From: Octopus vulgaris
Taxonomy: Eukaryota
Assembly (NCBI GenBank): GCA_951406725.2
Contig: OX597831.1
Coordinates: 39,246,001-39,310,000 of the forward strand
Direction of reading: 5' to 3'
DNA length: 64,000 bases
Positions 26,405 through 40,702 of the stretch are shown here, piece by piece; the stretch's first letter is position 1; every line of letters begins with the position of its first letter. A program made the translations under genes and the position numbers. The notes under the pieces are model-generated. The model did no database searches. It worked only from the letters and a program-made list of their open reading frames with translations, and had not been told where the DNA came from.

Positions 26405-26445
26405 GTCTCCGATGAAGGGGTATATAAAATATCCCGGAAACAGCT
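26405..26445 (+). ncRNA. Degenerate HHR of the same family as 9487-9534
   Basis: gtct-CCGATGA-aggggtat..atatccc-g-GAAACAGCT; downstream flank (aatgttctaaaatc..gccttggtttt) matches the 9550-9600 flank. Confidence 0.6.
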
Positions 26446-26527
26446 TTTATTTATAAAAGACCTATTTATGAATGTTCTAAAATCTTTCGCAGCCTTGGTT
26501 TTTATCTCATTCTGAAAATTTATATAT

Positions 26528-26772
26528 TCTTTTACTCTTTTACTTGTTTCAGTCATTTGACTGCGGCCATGCTGGATCACCGCCTTTAGTCGAGCAACTC
26601 GACCCCGAGACTTATTCTTTGTGAGCCCAGTACTTATTCTATCGGTCTCTTTTGCCGAAGCGCTAAGTGACGGGGACATAAACACACCAGCATCGGTTGT
26701 CAAGCAATGCTAGGGGACAAACACACACACAAACATACACGCACACACATATATATATACATATATACGACG
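26528..26772 (-). mobile_element. SINE family A, 3' half
   Basis: tacttgtttcagtcatttgactgcggccatgctgg..acaccagcatcggttgtcaagcaatgctagggg. Confidence 0.9.
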
Positions 26773-26960
26773 GTTCGAGACGCATTAATTATAATGGTTA
26801 TTGACAATTTTGTCTTTTTTTCGGCATATTTGGCATTAGAATTTTTCTTTTACCCTTATTTTATAAGTTATTTATAAATTTAACCTTTAAAGGTATTTTT
26901 TGATATGCTGGCCATTGATAAAATTTTTTTCGAAAAAACAAATTTATCCTACATTAGTTG

Positions 26961-26997
<37 letters not shown>

Positions 26998-27517
26998 CAG
27001 ACTTATTGAAAAAGAAAAGACGAAGACAGGTGTAGGAACAACAAGCAGGTCTATTAATTTAACCTTCAGGAAAAATGGAAATGTCTTTCACGTTTCGAGC
27101 TTACGTTCCACGACAGAAAGGAATAAGAAGAAATAGATAGAGAGAGAATTTTTAAAAAAACGGAGAGAAAAAAACTTTGTTGTATTCAGTGGTTCAACAT
27201 GACGAGACGGTATAAATCGTTGCTATTATGTAAAAGTGTCGTAAGACCAAAACGTTGCTTTTTTTCAGAAAACGAAAAAATAGTTTCACCATTTCATAGC
27301 AAAACTGTTCTACTACACTTTGACAGATTTTGATATCATAGCATCTTAGGCAGCTGGAGATACGATAGTTTGACCAAAAGAACCGGCTATTGCAAGCATA
27401 AATAAATATTGAAAAAATAAAAACGCATTTGGCCAAATTTGGACATACGGCAGTTTAACATAATAGCAAAGATACATACAATATATATATATATATATAT
27501 ATTATATTACATATTAT

Positions 27518-29200
<1,683 letters not shown>

Positions 29201-29693
29201 AATTGATTTTTATTATTCGCTTTTAGTTTTGGTTTTGGTTTCTGATATTTTGTTTCAATTTCAGGTGGGGTTTTTTTTTGTTTCCTTGTTGTTGTTTTTT
29301 TATCGTGCATATATTTCGTTGCATGGCAAGAGATAACAGTTGGGAAAATATCTATAACTATATTATTATTAAACATGCAATACTTGTAATGTTACCAAGT
29401 AAACTGGAAAGAGAATTCAATTTTGAATGATGTTTAAACAGATAAATAAATACAACTATAATGAAAATGAACCATCATATAGAGGCACCCCACCCTTCAC
29501 TCATCTTCCCGCTTCAATTTACACGAATACACGCGCAATAAGCGCACACTCGCATACACGCGCACGTACACGCTTATGCGCACACATACTTATACGCACA
29601 CACATATAGACACATTCGAGTATACACACCGAAAATAAAGGTATATAAGTTCAGAAACCTGTGTATGTTATGTATATATACAACATATATATG

Positions 29694-29734
<41 letters not shown>

Positions 29735-30189
29735 ATGTATATATATATAGACATATATATATACATACATACATACATACATACACACATACATACATAC
29801 ATATGCATGCATGGAGCTATAGATATAAATATACATATATATATATATGTGTTTGTGTGTTTGTGTGTGTGACTGTATATACGGATGTGAAACAGATCAT
29901 TCGTACGCATACATATGAAATATATACATTTATATATATACATCTGTGTATATATAAATATATATACATATACATACATACACGCACCTATATATATGTA
30001 TATCTGAATATATATGTATGTTTATATACAAAAATGAATATATGTATATGTATATATACGTCTATATATATAGATATATATATACATACATACAAATGCA
30101 TATATAAACGTGCAAGCATATTGACATATACACAAAAATTTACAAATATACATTTATTTGCACTGACATAAAATATGTACATGTATTTA

Positions 30190-30235
<46 letters not shown>

Positions 30236-30238
30236 GTA

Positions 30239-30277
<39 letters not shown>

Positions 30278-30359
30278 CATTTATATATATATACGTGCAT
30301 ACATACATACATCATATGCATATACATATATATATAATATGCAAAATATAAATATTTTC

Positions 30360-30400
<41 letters not shown>

Positions 30401-30873
30401 ATATATAAAAATTATACACACATTCACATGCATATGCAAATATGAGTCGAAAGTTAAAGTTAATGATATCTTATTAACTCACCCGGGTTAATTGTATTTT
30501 GTTTGGCATAGATTTGCAGCACATTTTATCGACACTCTTGTTTTATTCTTATATTTAAACATTATTCATTATCCTGCGAATACACTGCGCATAGAGTTCA
30601 TTATAGCAACAGGTGACAAAAACAGATGGTACGTTGCATGAAACTTAAGTTGATGGAAAGATTGTTGAAATTAAATGATATACTTCGTTTTCTATTTGTT
30701 TTTCGTGTGATAAAAGTAAACAAAATTGTAATATCGACTCTAATATAATAAATAAGTTAATACGTTCAAAGATTTCAAAAGCATGCTTTACTAAATCGGG
30801 TAAAAAATGATGGATGTTATAACCAGATAAATTCACGAAAAGATTACATACGATAAATGTAAGATCTTTGCAC

Positions 30874-30922
<49 letters not shown>

Positions 30923-30931
30923 TACATCTAT

Positions 30932-30971
<40 letters not shown>

Positions 30972-31049
30972 ATTTTATTATATTATATTATATTACATTA
31001 CATCGGTAGTGATAGATAATGATATAGATATATACATACAGATTTCATG

Positions 31050-31174
<125 letters not shown>

Positions 31175-31240
31175 TGTATGTATGTATGTATGTATGTATG
31201 TATGTATGTATGTATGTATGTATGTATGTATGTATGTATA

Positions 31241-31562
31241 CAGTGTGTCCAAAAGTCACTGATGGGTTTCAATTCTTAATAACTGCCTTAACTTTACAAA
31301 TAAATGCACGAACTTTTGATACAATATAAAGGACATAATGGAATTGAATATGCACAATTCAAATTTTCTAACACCATTACATGACCTATAAAAATTGGCA
31401 TCGTCTAAATGGCAACCATTTTCGACTTCGCACGCCCGTGCCCTTTGCAAGTCTCGCACTGTAACGCCCTCAAGAGTTTCAGACCCCACTTCTCTGATGT
31501 CTCTATTGATGTTTTCTTTCAGTTGCACCAGGGTCTCCGGTTTGTTGACGTAAACCCTCTCT
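31241..31562 (-). mobile_element. 3' end of a Tc1/mariner-superfamily DNA transposon
   Basis: TA|cagtgtgtccaaaagtcact terminus; ORF 31256-31567 RVYVNKPETLVQLKENI..RARACEVENGCHL is a typical transposase C-terminus. Confidence 0.8.
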
Positions 31563-31746
31563 CTCAAGAGAATAATTACTCAGCTTCAGAATTTCCCCAA
31601 GACACCTGATGAAGGCTGGAGAGTATATCAGTTTACAACAAACTAGATGAGGACAAATATCCGTCAAATGTAAATAATGTACATAATGTAAATATCAATA
31701 TCTATATCTATCTATCTATGTCTATCTATCTATCTATAGATAGATA

Positions 31747-33037
31747 CGAGGGGCGTTCAATAAGTAATGCCCCTGACCCACTTCCCATAGAAGTAGAGCA
31801 ACGAAACTTGGCACAGTTATTAGTCTTTTTCTACATAGGAACCACACAGAGTTACGCATTTCTCCCGTCGTTTGATGCGGCTCTGGAGACCGTTTTTGTA
31901 GAAGAACCCAGCTAGGTCATCCAACCACGACGTGACTTCAGAAATCAAGGCTACATCATCTGGGAAACGCTTTCCTTTCGAAAACAACTTCATGATTGGG
32001 AAGAGGTGAAAATCAGAGGGTGCAAGGTCAGGAAAGTAGGGGGGATGGGGAGGAATTCATAGCCATACGCCTGTGCTTCTGATCTGGCGACAAGCGAGTT
32101 GTGGACCGGAGCGCTGTCCTGCAGGAGGAGGATGCCTTTGCTGATCTTGCCCCGCCTCTTGATTTTGATAACTTCTCTTAATTTCCTCAAAAGTGAAGCA
32201 TAATAGGCTCCTGCAATTGTGGTACCCTTTGCCAGGAAATCTGTCATCACTACTCCGTCCTGGTCCCAGAAGACTGTGAGCATGACTTTGCCAGCGGAGG
32301 GCTGCACCCTTGCCTTCTTTGGAGGGGGTGAGTCACGGTGCTTCCACTGCATTGACTGGGCTTTGGTCTCTGGATCATCGTGATGGACCCAGGTTTCATC
32401 CTGTATAATCAGCCTTTTGAAAAATTTTGACTCATCTTCTTGGCACATCTCCAAATTCACCCTCGAGCACTCGACGCATTCTTGCTTCTGAAAAGGCGTG
32501 AGCAACCTGGGAATCCATCTGGCAGACACCTTTTGCATATGCAAATGGTCATGAATGATAGTTTCCACAGACCTGGTACTAATCTTGACCTCATGGGCTA
32601 TTTGGCGAATAATTATGCGTCTATCTTCCAAAATGGCAGCCTCAACTTGACGGACAGATGCCTCATCAATGGCAGAAGGAGGCGACCAGATCTGGGAGCT
32701 GTTTCCACAGAGTTCCGACCATGTTTGAATTCACGATGCCAGCGTTTTACAAGGTCATATGATGGGGCATCATCACCATAAGTTACTTTCATTTCATCAA
32801 AAGTCTCCCGTGGTGTGCGTCCTTTCAAATACAAAAACCGGATCACTGCTCGACTCTCAACAGGCTCCATTTCACACTTGACTCGGTTCAAACACCTGTA
32901 AATCAGAAACCACAATTAATTCAGAGCTGTAATTTGCCACTTACTCTATAGAGATATAAATAATTGCACATGCAAAATTTCAGCTAGATCAAACAAATGC
33001 AAGTGGGTCAGAGGCATTACTTATTGAACGTCCCTCG
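31747..33037 (-). mobile_element. Full-length mariner (irritans-like), 1291 bp, TA TSDs
   Basis: TIRs TA|cgaggggcgttcaataagtaatgcccctgacccactt and aagtgggtcagaggcattacttattgaacgtccctcg|TA. Confidence 0.96.
31820..32870 (-). pseudogene. Mariner transposase, frameshifted
   Basis: MEPVESRAVIRFLYLKG.. (ORF 32613-32915), KVSARWIPRLL, QDETWVHH, KVMLTVFWD, LLQDSAPVH (ORF 31990-32631), ends YVEKD*. Confidence 0.95.
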
Positions 33038-33214
33038 TAGATACAGAGAGAGGGAGTGGGAGATAAAGAAAGAGAGAGAGAGACTCAAAGATTACATATA
33101 TATATATATATATCTTTACATGGCTGTTTGTTGACACATTTTTCCGCTCTGTAAGGGTAATTTACCTAATGTTTCTGCTATTTTAACGGCGTCTCTGCGT
33201 TCGAAAGTAAATTA

Positions 33215-33760
33215 TCTCTCTATATATAAACGGCAGTTTGTCTGTGCGCGTTTCTAGTAGCTTACCTTTCGACTTATTTTAGAACATGGTTGAGTCCATA
33301 AAATAGGGTTTGACTACACCTCCATTTAGAGCACAGTTTATGTTCCTATAAGCTGTGTTAATTCTGTAACCCTTTAAAATGGAAGATAAGAAAGTTCCTC
33401 TTCGGCGCTTGATGCTTTGAGAACCAGACAAAAATTGTTGCAGCTCGGCTGGTATGTGTTACCCCACCCTCCATATTCACCAGATATTGCTCCTTCGGAT
33501 TTTCACTTATTCAGGTCTCTGCAGAATAGTCTTAATGGTAAAAATTTTAATTCCTTGATTCGCGTAAAACGATACCTTGATGAATTCTTTGCCATGAAAC
33601 TACCTCAATTCTGGGAAGAGGATATTTTCAAGTTAAAGGAAAGATGGAGACGCATTGTTCAACAAAATGGTTTATATTTGGTTGATTAAAAATGTAATGG
33701 CAACTATTTATTGACCTTTTTCTTTCCTTTAAAAATCGGAACTTTCCGGAAAACCCAATA
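33215..33760 (+). mobile_element. Helitron 5' tip (33215-33250) abutting an internally deleted mariner (about 33260-33760)
   Basis: tctctctatatataaacggcagtttgtctgt matches the 55226 Helitron start; mariner MEDKKV.. fused to RTRQKLLQLGWYVLPHPPYSPDIAPSDFHLFRSLQNSL; right end aactttccggaaaacccaa|TA. Confidence 0.88.
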
Positions 33761-33835
33761 CATTAAAGGTACACTAAAATCACTATGATCTAGGAGTTTT
33801 AACAGCCTCTCCTAAAATGTCTCTAACTATCTATA

Positions 33836-33905
33836 TGGCGTCGTGGTTAAGAGCGCGGGCTACTAACCCCAAGATTCCGAGTTCGATTCCAAGCAGTGAC
33901 CTGAA
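33836..33905 (+). other. Isolated tRNA-like segment (repeat head or tRNA pseudogene)
   Basis: gcgtcgtggttaagagcgcgggctactaaccccaagattccgagttcgattcc: A-box, 7-nt loop ctACTaa, B-box GTTCGATTCC; acceptor stem not convincingly paired. Confidence 0.6.
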
Positions 33906-34160
33906 CATATTATAATAGAAGAAATAATAATAATATGAGAAAATGAACTAACAGGTTCTGTGCCGTGTTACTAATAACTCAATGGTCATAATATGTAGAA
34001 TCATTTTACATTGAAAATATTAGCTCTTAAATAATTTGTCGAAAACTATTACATAAATTGAAGATAGATTAGTGCTCCAGAATGGTCAGAATAAGAATGG
34101 GTTAAATCATCTTAAGAAGACTTTATAATTAATAGTTTGAAGAAGAATTCTTAATATTGA

Positions 34161-34208
<48 letters not shown>

Positions 34209-34322
34209 TGAGAGAGCGTGTGCTAATATGTGTTTCCAAGCGTAGACACATTTAAACTCTGAAGTCTGAAATTGTCGACTATGTCTATTCTTCTATATAA
34301 TAGGTGTATATCATAAGTATTT

Positions 34323-34371
34323 CTAATAATCATAATGATAATAATAATAATAATAATAATAGTAATAGTAA

Positions 34372-34405
<34 letters not shown>

Positions 34406-34456
34406 GTAGTAGTAATAATAATAATGATAAAAATAATAATAACAATAATAATAATG

Positions 34457-34517
<61 letters not shown>

Positions 34518-34522
34518 TAATA

Positions 34523-34596
<74 letters not shown>
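34323..34596. repeat. Long (TAA)n microsatellite
   Basis: About 270 bp, imperfect. Confidence 0.95.
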
Positions 34597-34597
<1 letters not shown>

Positions 34598-34786
34598 TGT
34601 CAATTTAAAACATCTTTAGAATCTCTCAACAGAAAGTTTCGCTTGTTGAGTGAAGCAAGAAATATATTTAACTGTCAAATATTTCTACGTTTCACTTACC
34701 TCATAACATTGTAGTACTGACTACTGACATCCAATTAAAATCTAACCACACACATATATAAATACACATATATATATATATGTAAA

Positions 34787-34855
<69 letters not shown>

Positions 34856-35057
34856 GTGTGCATATGTCTGTATACATGTGAGTGTGTGTGTGTGCGTGTA
34901 CAGTGAAATATGGTTCTCTCTCTTTATTTGAATAAAAATCAGCTTGTGAAAACATACACTAATATTTTTCCGGTAAAACTTTTATATGAATACATTGGTT
35001 ATGTGAAAACATAATTTCATCTCTTTATTGTCACGTATATATATATATAAAATAGAA

Positions 35058-35362
35058 ATAGTTTGTTCCTTCTTGAGCCATGCCTGGCTCATAAGGGCCG
35101 GCTTCCCGGTTTCCTTGGCGTATAGGTTCCCCACCTGGACGATACGCCGGTCCGTCGCAGGTGAGCAGCAAGATGCGGGAGGAAAGATTGAGAGAAAGTT
35201 GTGGCGAAAGAGTCAGCAGAAGTTCGCCATTACCTTCTGCCGGAACCGCGTGGAGCTTAAGTGTTTCGCTCATAAACACACTCATCGCCCGGTCTGAGAT
35301 TCGAATCCGCGATCCCTCGACCGCGAGTCCGCTGCTCTAATCACGAGGCCATATGCCTCTAC
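35058..35362 (-). mobile_element. tRNA-derived SINE family D (possibly octopus OR-type), full length
   Basis: Minus strand gaggcatatggcctcgtgattagagcagcggactcgcggtcgagggatcgcggattcgaatc head; 3' part cctgcgacggaccggcgtatcgtccaggtggggaac resembles family C. Candidate TSD aatagaaatagtt on both sides. Confidence 0.88.
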
Positions 35363-35588
35363 AATAGAAATAGTTACCCCCTATTTTATATGCTATTGTA
35401 TAAAACAGCTAGATATAGGGAGGCCTCATCCCCTAGAATTCCCTTTTAAAATGTAGTTTTAGAACTATACACGCAGCATATGACTATATTTGATCCTTAA
35501 TCCAGAGGCAGCGTTCAATACCTCTGTAACTGTTGTGACGTCGTCCTTATTGCCAATTTTTTTTTTACTGAAACCATGTTTTAATATA

Positions 35589-35987
35589 CAGTAATGCCTC
35601 AACATACGAGTTAACTTGTTCCCGAAGATCGCTTGTAAAGCAAAAACTCGTAAAGCACAACTATAATTCCCCATAGCAGCAATGAAATTTTATTCCGTCG
35701 TTGTGTAGACGCGTGTCGCCACATGTTGCAACGTTGCGACACACACAAATGGAATGTTTAACCTGTTTATATTTATTATACTCTTTTACTTGTTTCAGTC
35801 ATTTGACTGTAGCCATGGTGGAGCACCGCCTTCAGTCGAACAAATCGACCCCAGGATTTATTCTTTGTAAGCCTAGTACTTATTCTATCGGTCTCTTTTG
35901 CCGAACCTCTAGATTACGGGAACGTAAACACACCAGCGTCTGTTCTCAAGCGATATTGGCGTTACAAACACAGACATACAAACATAT

Positions 35988-36041
<54 letters not shown>

Positions 36042-36267
36042 GACGGGCTTCTTTCAGTTTCCTTCTACCAAATCCACTCACAAGGCTTTGGTCGGCCGAG
36101 GCTATAGTAGAAGACATTTGCCCAAGGTGCCACACAGTGGGACTGAACCGAGAGCCATGTGGTTGGTAAGCAAACTACTTACCACACAGCCACTCCTACG
36201 CCTATAAAACAAAATTTGCAAACCCGGGATCTCGTAAAGCGGCTCCTCATAAACTGAGGTATTACTA
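35589..36267. mobile_element. Pogo/Tigger-like MITE with a nested full-length SINE A (35778-36203, -)
   Basis: TA|cagtaatgcctcaacatacgag ... ctcataaactgaggtattacta|TA imperfect TIRs; internal ctcgtaaagc repeats. Confidence 0.75.
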
Positions 36268-36879
36268 TACGTTGATAAATTTATGTTAGATTTGTAAACT
36301 GTGACGTTTACATTTGAATTGTTTACACAGGTCTTTAGTTTGATCAAAGGGTGGGGCACCAGCGGCCTTGTAGGCCATTATGCTTCGGCCATTTGTGTGA
36401 ATCCAGATTTTTTAAAACAAATATTTTCATTAATGATTTTTGCTCATCTTTTATTAATTTTATTTTAACGTTAAAATGAACGTACTTAAAATGTCAGAGT
36501 AAAAGAGAAATCAGCGTAATAATCCTTCCCGACTGGCCGACACAATTAAAATATTAATTAGCCATAAGGGCTGTTTCGACACTAGTTTCACTCTTCATTT
36601 ACTTCTTATGCGATCCTAGAATGTACGTTGACTTACCCGCTTGACTGACGTCACAATCGCCCAAGGCTGATTAGCGAGAACCCGTGGCGATTCTGTGCAC
36701 CAGTGATTATCAACTTGTGACAACGGTGTACGTAGCTTTCTATTCGAAGTGGAACTGGAGTATAGTTACCCAGCCTGTCTGTTTCTGCGTATTTGCTTTA
36801 TTTTATTTATTTTTTTATTCTATCTGCTTAACAGTCCATCATGTCGAAGAAGATGAAGAGAATACTGAAGGAAGAAAAC

Positions 36880-37432
36880 AAGTTTTAAAAAGAGCACCCA
36901 GAGAGCGCAAACCTCTGCCAAGGCAGCACCAACGTCCTCTCAACAATTAGCCAGAGATGATTTTTAAAATGAGAATATCTTAAATAAACTCGACTGCTCT
37001 CACAAACGAGAATACTAAAAATGAACTCGACTGCTCTCAAAAATTAATTTAAAAAACAAGAAGAATAATCCAGAATCCTTGTGCGATACCGGATCGATCC
37101 CAGAGTCTAATCGGTTTGTTATTTACTGTTGTTATTTATTGCATTGTAACCCATTCGTTTTCATTACTCATGTAAAGTTTCATTGTATCATTCGTTTATG
37201 TGTGACCCCGATCATGCTGTATTGTCCCCTCTATGTTGGTCCTTAATGGGTAATAAAAAAAAACAGATTCCTAAATCTAATCAGTTCGTGCCGGTCACAA
37301 AGCCAAACATCACGAAAGTTTCATCCGAATCCATCCAGCGGTTCATGAGATATCTTGTCCACGGTCAAACAAACAAACAAACAAACACGACTGAAAACAT
37401 TACCTCCGCCTTCGCTAAGGCGGAGGTAATAA
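36880..37432 (-). mobile_element. Helentron-associated interspersed element (HINE/DINE-1-like)
   Basis: Minus 5' end ttattacctccgccttagcgaaggcggaggtaat (subterminal IR plus palindrome), then (gttt)n; 3' end ggcagaggt subterminal IR, gcgctctctgggtgc hairpin and T-run. Confidence 0.8.
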
Positions 37433-37483
37433 GGATTGGGAATTGCAACATTACTTTTTTTAATTGTCTGCTATAGATACAAT

Positions 37484-37737
37484 GGTGGAGGCGCGTAGCT
37501 TAGTAGTTAGAGTGTCAGCATCATGATCGTAGGATTGAGGTTTCGATTCCTGGACCGGGCGACGCGTTGTGTTCTTGAGCAAAACACTTCATTTCATGTT
37601 GCTCCAGTCCACTCAGCTGGCAAAAATGAGTAACGCTGCGATGGACTGGCGTCCCGTCCAGCTGGGGAACACATACGCCATAGAAACCTGGAAACCGGGT
37701 CCATGAGCCTGGCTAGGCTTTGAAAGGGTGCATTTAT
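37484..37737 (+). mobile_element. tRNA-derived SINE family C, full length
   Basis: ggaggcgcgtagcttagtagttagagtg A-box, ggtttcgattcc B-box, tgtgttcttgagcaaaacactt central block, gcgatggactggcgtcccgtccag 3' block, (ttta)n tail. Confidence 0.88.
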
Positions 37738-37759
37738 TTATTTTATTTTATTATAGATA

Positions 37760-39940
37760 GAATGATCTGCTTGCTTTGTAATACTGAAACATCAACACTG
37801 AAAAAATGCAATGCCCATTAGCATTACGCTACTCATAAGGACCAGAAATATTTCAAATTAGAGGGAGGGGTAAGAAATATTGCATTGCAGAAATTAAAAG
37901 ATGTATATCAAAAGCAACGTTAAATTATTTCAGGTCGTTGTTAGACCCGGAAGTAATGCGGCTGAAGCAGCTTATAAAGGAAAAAAGGGAAGCCATTCAG
38001 TGATGTGGAAATCGTAAAAGAATACGTTGTTGAAGTTGTGTGATGCTTACACCCCCGATAAGGTATTAAAGTACAAACAACTGCCTCTTTCAAGGAGAAT
38101 CATATCTGATCGGCAGCATGAATCAGCCCTCAACATAACAAAGCAAATTCACGCAAAACTCCAAAAGGAAAACATATTCAATCGCTTTGGTTGAATCACT
38201 TGAGGCTTCTGACTCAGCGCAGGTATTATACTTCGTTAAGGCAGAATCGTTAGCACGCCGAGCGAAATGCTTTGCGGTATTCCGTCTGCCGTTACGTTCT
38301 GAGTTCAAATTCCGCCGAGGTCGACTTTGCCTTTCATCCTTTCGGGGTCGATAAATCAAGTACCAGTTACGAACTGGAGTCTATGTAATCGACTTAATCC
38401 GTTTGTCTGTCCTTGTTTGTTCCCTCTATGTTTAGCCCCTTGTGGCTAGTAAAGAAATAGGTATTTCGTCTGCCGTTACGTTCTGAGTTCAAATTCCGCC
38501 GAGGTCAACTTTGCCTGTCATCCTTTCGGGGTCGATAAATTAAGTACCAGTTACGCACTGGTGTCGATATAATCGACTTAATCCGTTTGTTTGTCCTTGT
38601 GTGTCCTCTCTGTGTTTTGCCCCTTGTGGGTAGTAAAGAAATATCTATTATACTTCGTCCGGGCCATAACAGAACATTTTATTTGCTACGAATTGTTACT
38701 GGCATTGGTCACTCTTACGGGTAAAACACTTTCAAGATAAATATCGTAAAGTTGGACAGAATGTGGTTAAATTAGTGAATGTATGTACAGATGGTGCACC
38801 ATCCATGGCAGGAAAACATGAAGGGTTTATTGTATAGAGAGAAATAGTATTATCAAATCCAGATACTCTCATTTCTCTCCATTGTATCTTATATCAGCAA
38901 AATCCCTGTGCTAGATCCATTGTTTTAAGTGACACTTTGCAACAAATAATGAAGATTGTTTACTATATTCGTGAAAATGCTACACGGCATCGTCAGTTTC
39001 GTAACATGCTAAAGCTGGACGATGAGGTATTCAGTGTGAACTTTCTGTATCATACTAAAAGTGCGTTGGCTATCGAAGGGACAGCTGTTAGCAAAATTTT
39101 ATCTTTAGGAGAACAGATAATTAAATTTTATGACGAACAGAATCAGCAATATGAATTATTAAAAGAACGTTTCTATAGAAATGATGAATTTCAGTGTAAT
39201 ATCATATGAAGGAAAAATGACTGGAATATTTCTTTGCATATATAATATGTGGCAAAATTCCAAGCATTTCGAAAACCTCACTATTTTGAAAACTCTTCTT
39301 CGAAAAGAAATTTGGGATGAATATTTAGCAATTGTTAGCAAAGGTCATTGATGAACAGGAGCATTCGTGCAAATCATTTGAAAAATACGCAGCTGTTATA
39401 GACTTATTAACTGGAGAATACAATGAAAGATTCACTGACTTTGAGAATTATAACATCACAATAAAGCTAGCATTTCAACTTCACCTAGTTGATGTCTCCA
39501 AGGCTCATAAAGAGCTACAGGTGGAATTGAGCCCTCAGAAGATGACATTTTAAAATCGTTATTTGAGGTTAAGAAAGATATGATTGAAATATGGCAAAAT
39601 GCAATAAAATTCGCAAGCCTTCGGCAACATGCACGAAGAGTACTTCCCGCTTTTCAACTACTTATTGCTGCGAATCTACATTCTCCTACCTAACCAACAC
39701 CAACACACCCCTAAGGTCACAAATGACGGACACCCATCTAGAGGATCAATCAAAACTGTAGACCTCCATGCCAAACCAAATATTCCAATGCTTTCCTACA
39801 AAAATCAGTCACAAGTCATTAAAAGGTTAGTTCATCTTAGAGATAACAATTTTGTTTTCATTTTTAAAGTTATTTAGTACACAATAGCTTGATTTTTACA
39901 AAATGAGGTAGATTTTGAAGAATATACAATTGAAGTTCCT
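37760..39940 (+). mobile_element. Decayed hAT transposon (Buster/SPIN/Charlie group), interrupted by SINE B
   Basis: KPFSDVEIVKE (~37990), YSIALVESLEASDSAQVLYFV (~38175), VCTDGAPSMAGKHEGF (~38780), LHCILYQQ, VRWLSKG, FSTTYCCESTFS (~39650). Confidence 0.9.
38237..38645 (+). mobile_element. SINE family B tandem dimer with 13-bp TSD
   Basis: tattatacttcgt at 38224-38236 and 38646-38658 brackets two complete bodies. Confidence 0.93.
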
Positions 39941-39944
39941 TGAA

Positions 39945-40043
39945 TACCTATTTCTTTATTACCCACAAGAAGCTAAACACAGAGAGGACAAACAAGGACA
40001 TACGAACGGATTAAGTCGATTATATCGACCCCAGTGCGTAACT
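39945..40043 (-). mobile_element. SINE B 3' fragment
   Basis: Reverse complement of cagttacgcactggggtcgatataatcgacttaatccgtt..aaagaaataggtatt. Confidence 0.85.
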
Positions 40044-40262
40044 GTTATTTATATATATTAATTATATATATTTATATATATACATATATTTATAAATCGT
40101 GACGCATATTTGCCATTTGAATATGGCTAACCCCTAAGGGTGGATGCTACTGTAGTTTGTAGCCCCAGGAAGATATCTCCTCCAGCTGGCTATAGACACA
40201 CTATCTGTGCCCTATCAATATTTGTGAAGGGAAGTCATCCTTCCCGTCTTCAACTTATGATA

Positions 40263-40307
40263 CACACGGACTCGAGTTTCAAGGTGTTTAACTATCATCA
40301 GCGTGTG
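40263..40307 (-). ncRNA. Minimal hammerhead ribozyme, core intact
   Basis: cacacg-CTGATGA-t-agtt-aaac-acct-t-GAAAC-TCGA-GTC-cgtgtg: 6-bp helix I, palindromic helix III ACTCGAGT, GUC triplet; one mismatch in helix II. Confidence 0.8.
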
Positions 40308-40657
40308 ACAGTCATAGTTGTCGACGAGAATTCAGTTTCCCTCACAAACACATATACTTTTTCCAGTGTCGATTGACACTGATATTGAAAAAGTGAAATC
40401 AAACAATTATAGTGTGTCTATAGCCAGATGGAGGAGATATCTTCCTTGGGCTACAAACTAGAGTAGCATCCACCCTTAGGGGTTAGCCATATTCAAATGG
40501 CAAATATGCGTCACGATGTGTTACCGCTACTGTTTATAACTCGCTCTGAGATTTATCATTGTTTGATTTCACTTTTTCAATATCAGTGTCAATCGACACT
40601 GGAAAAAGTATATGTATTTGTGAGGGAAACTGAATTCTCGTCGACAACTATGAATGT

Positions 40658-40702
40658 CACACGCTGATGATAGGTAAACACCTTGAAGCTCGAGTCCGTG
40701 TG
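40658..40702 (+). ncRNA. Minimal hammerhead ribozyme with GAAG in place of GAAA
   Basis: cacacg-CTGATGA-t-aggt-aaac-acct-t-GAAG-CTCGA-GTC-cgtgtg; perfect helix II. Confidence 0.75.

Noticed and set aside
37484-37560. SINE heads as functional tRNA genes
   Set aside because: They continue into multi-copy SINE bodies and lack a complete cloverleaf and terminator.
38937-39209. Domesticated GTF2IRD2/ZBED-like host gene
   Set aside because: Many frameshifts and stops, a mutated catalytic-region motif and a SINE insertion show it is a dead hAT copy.
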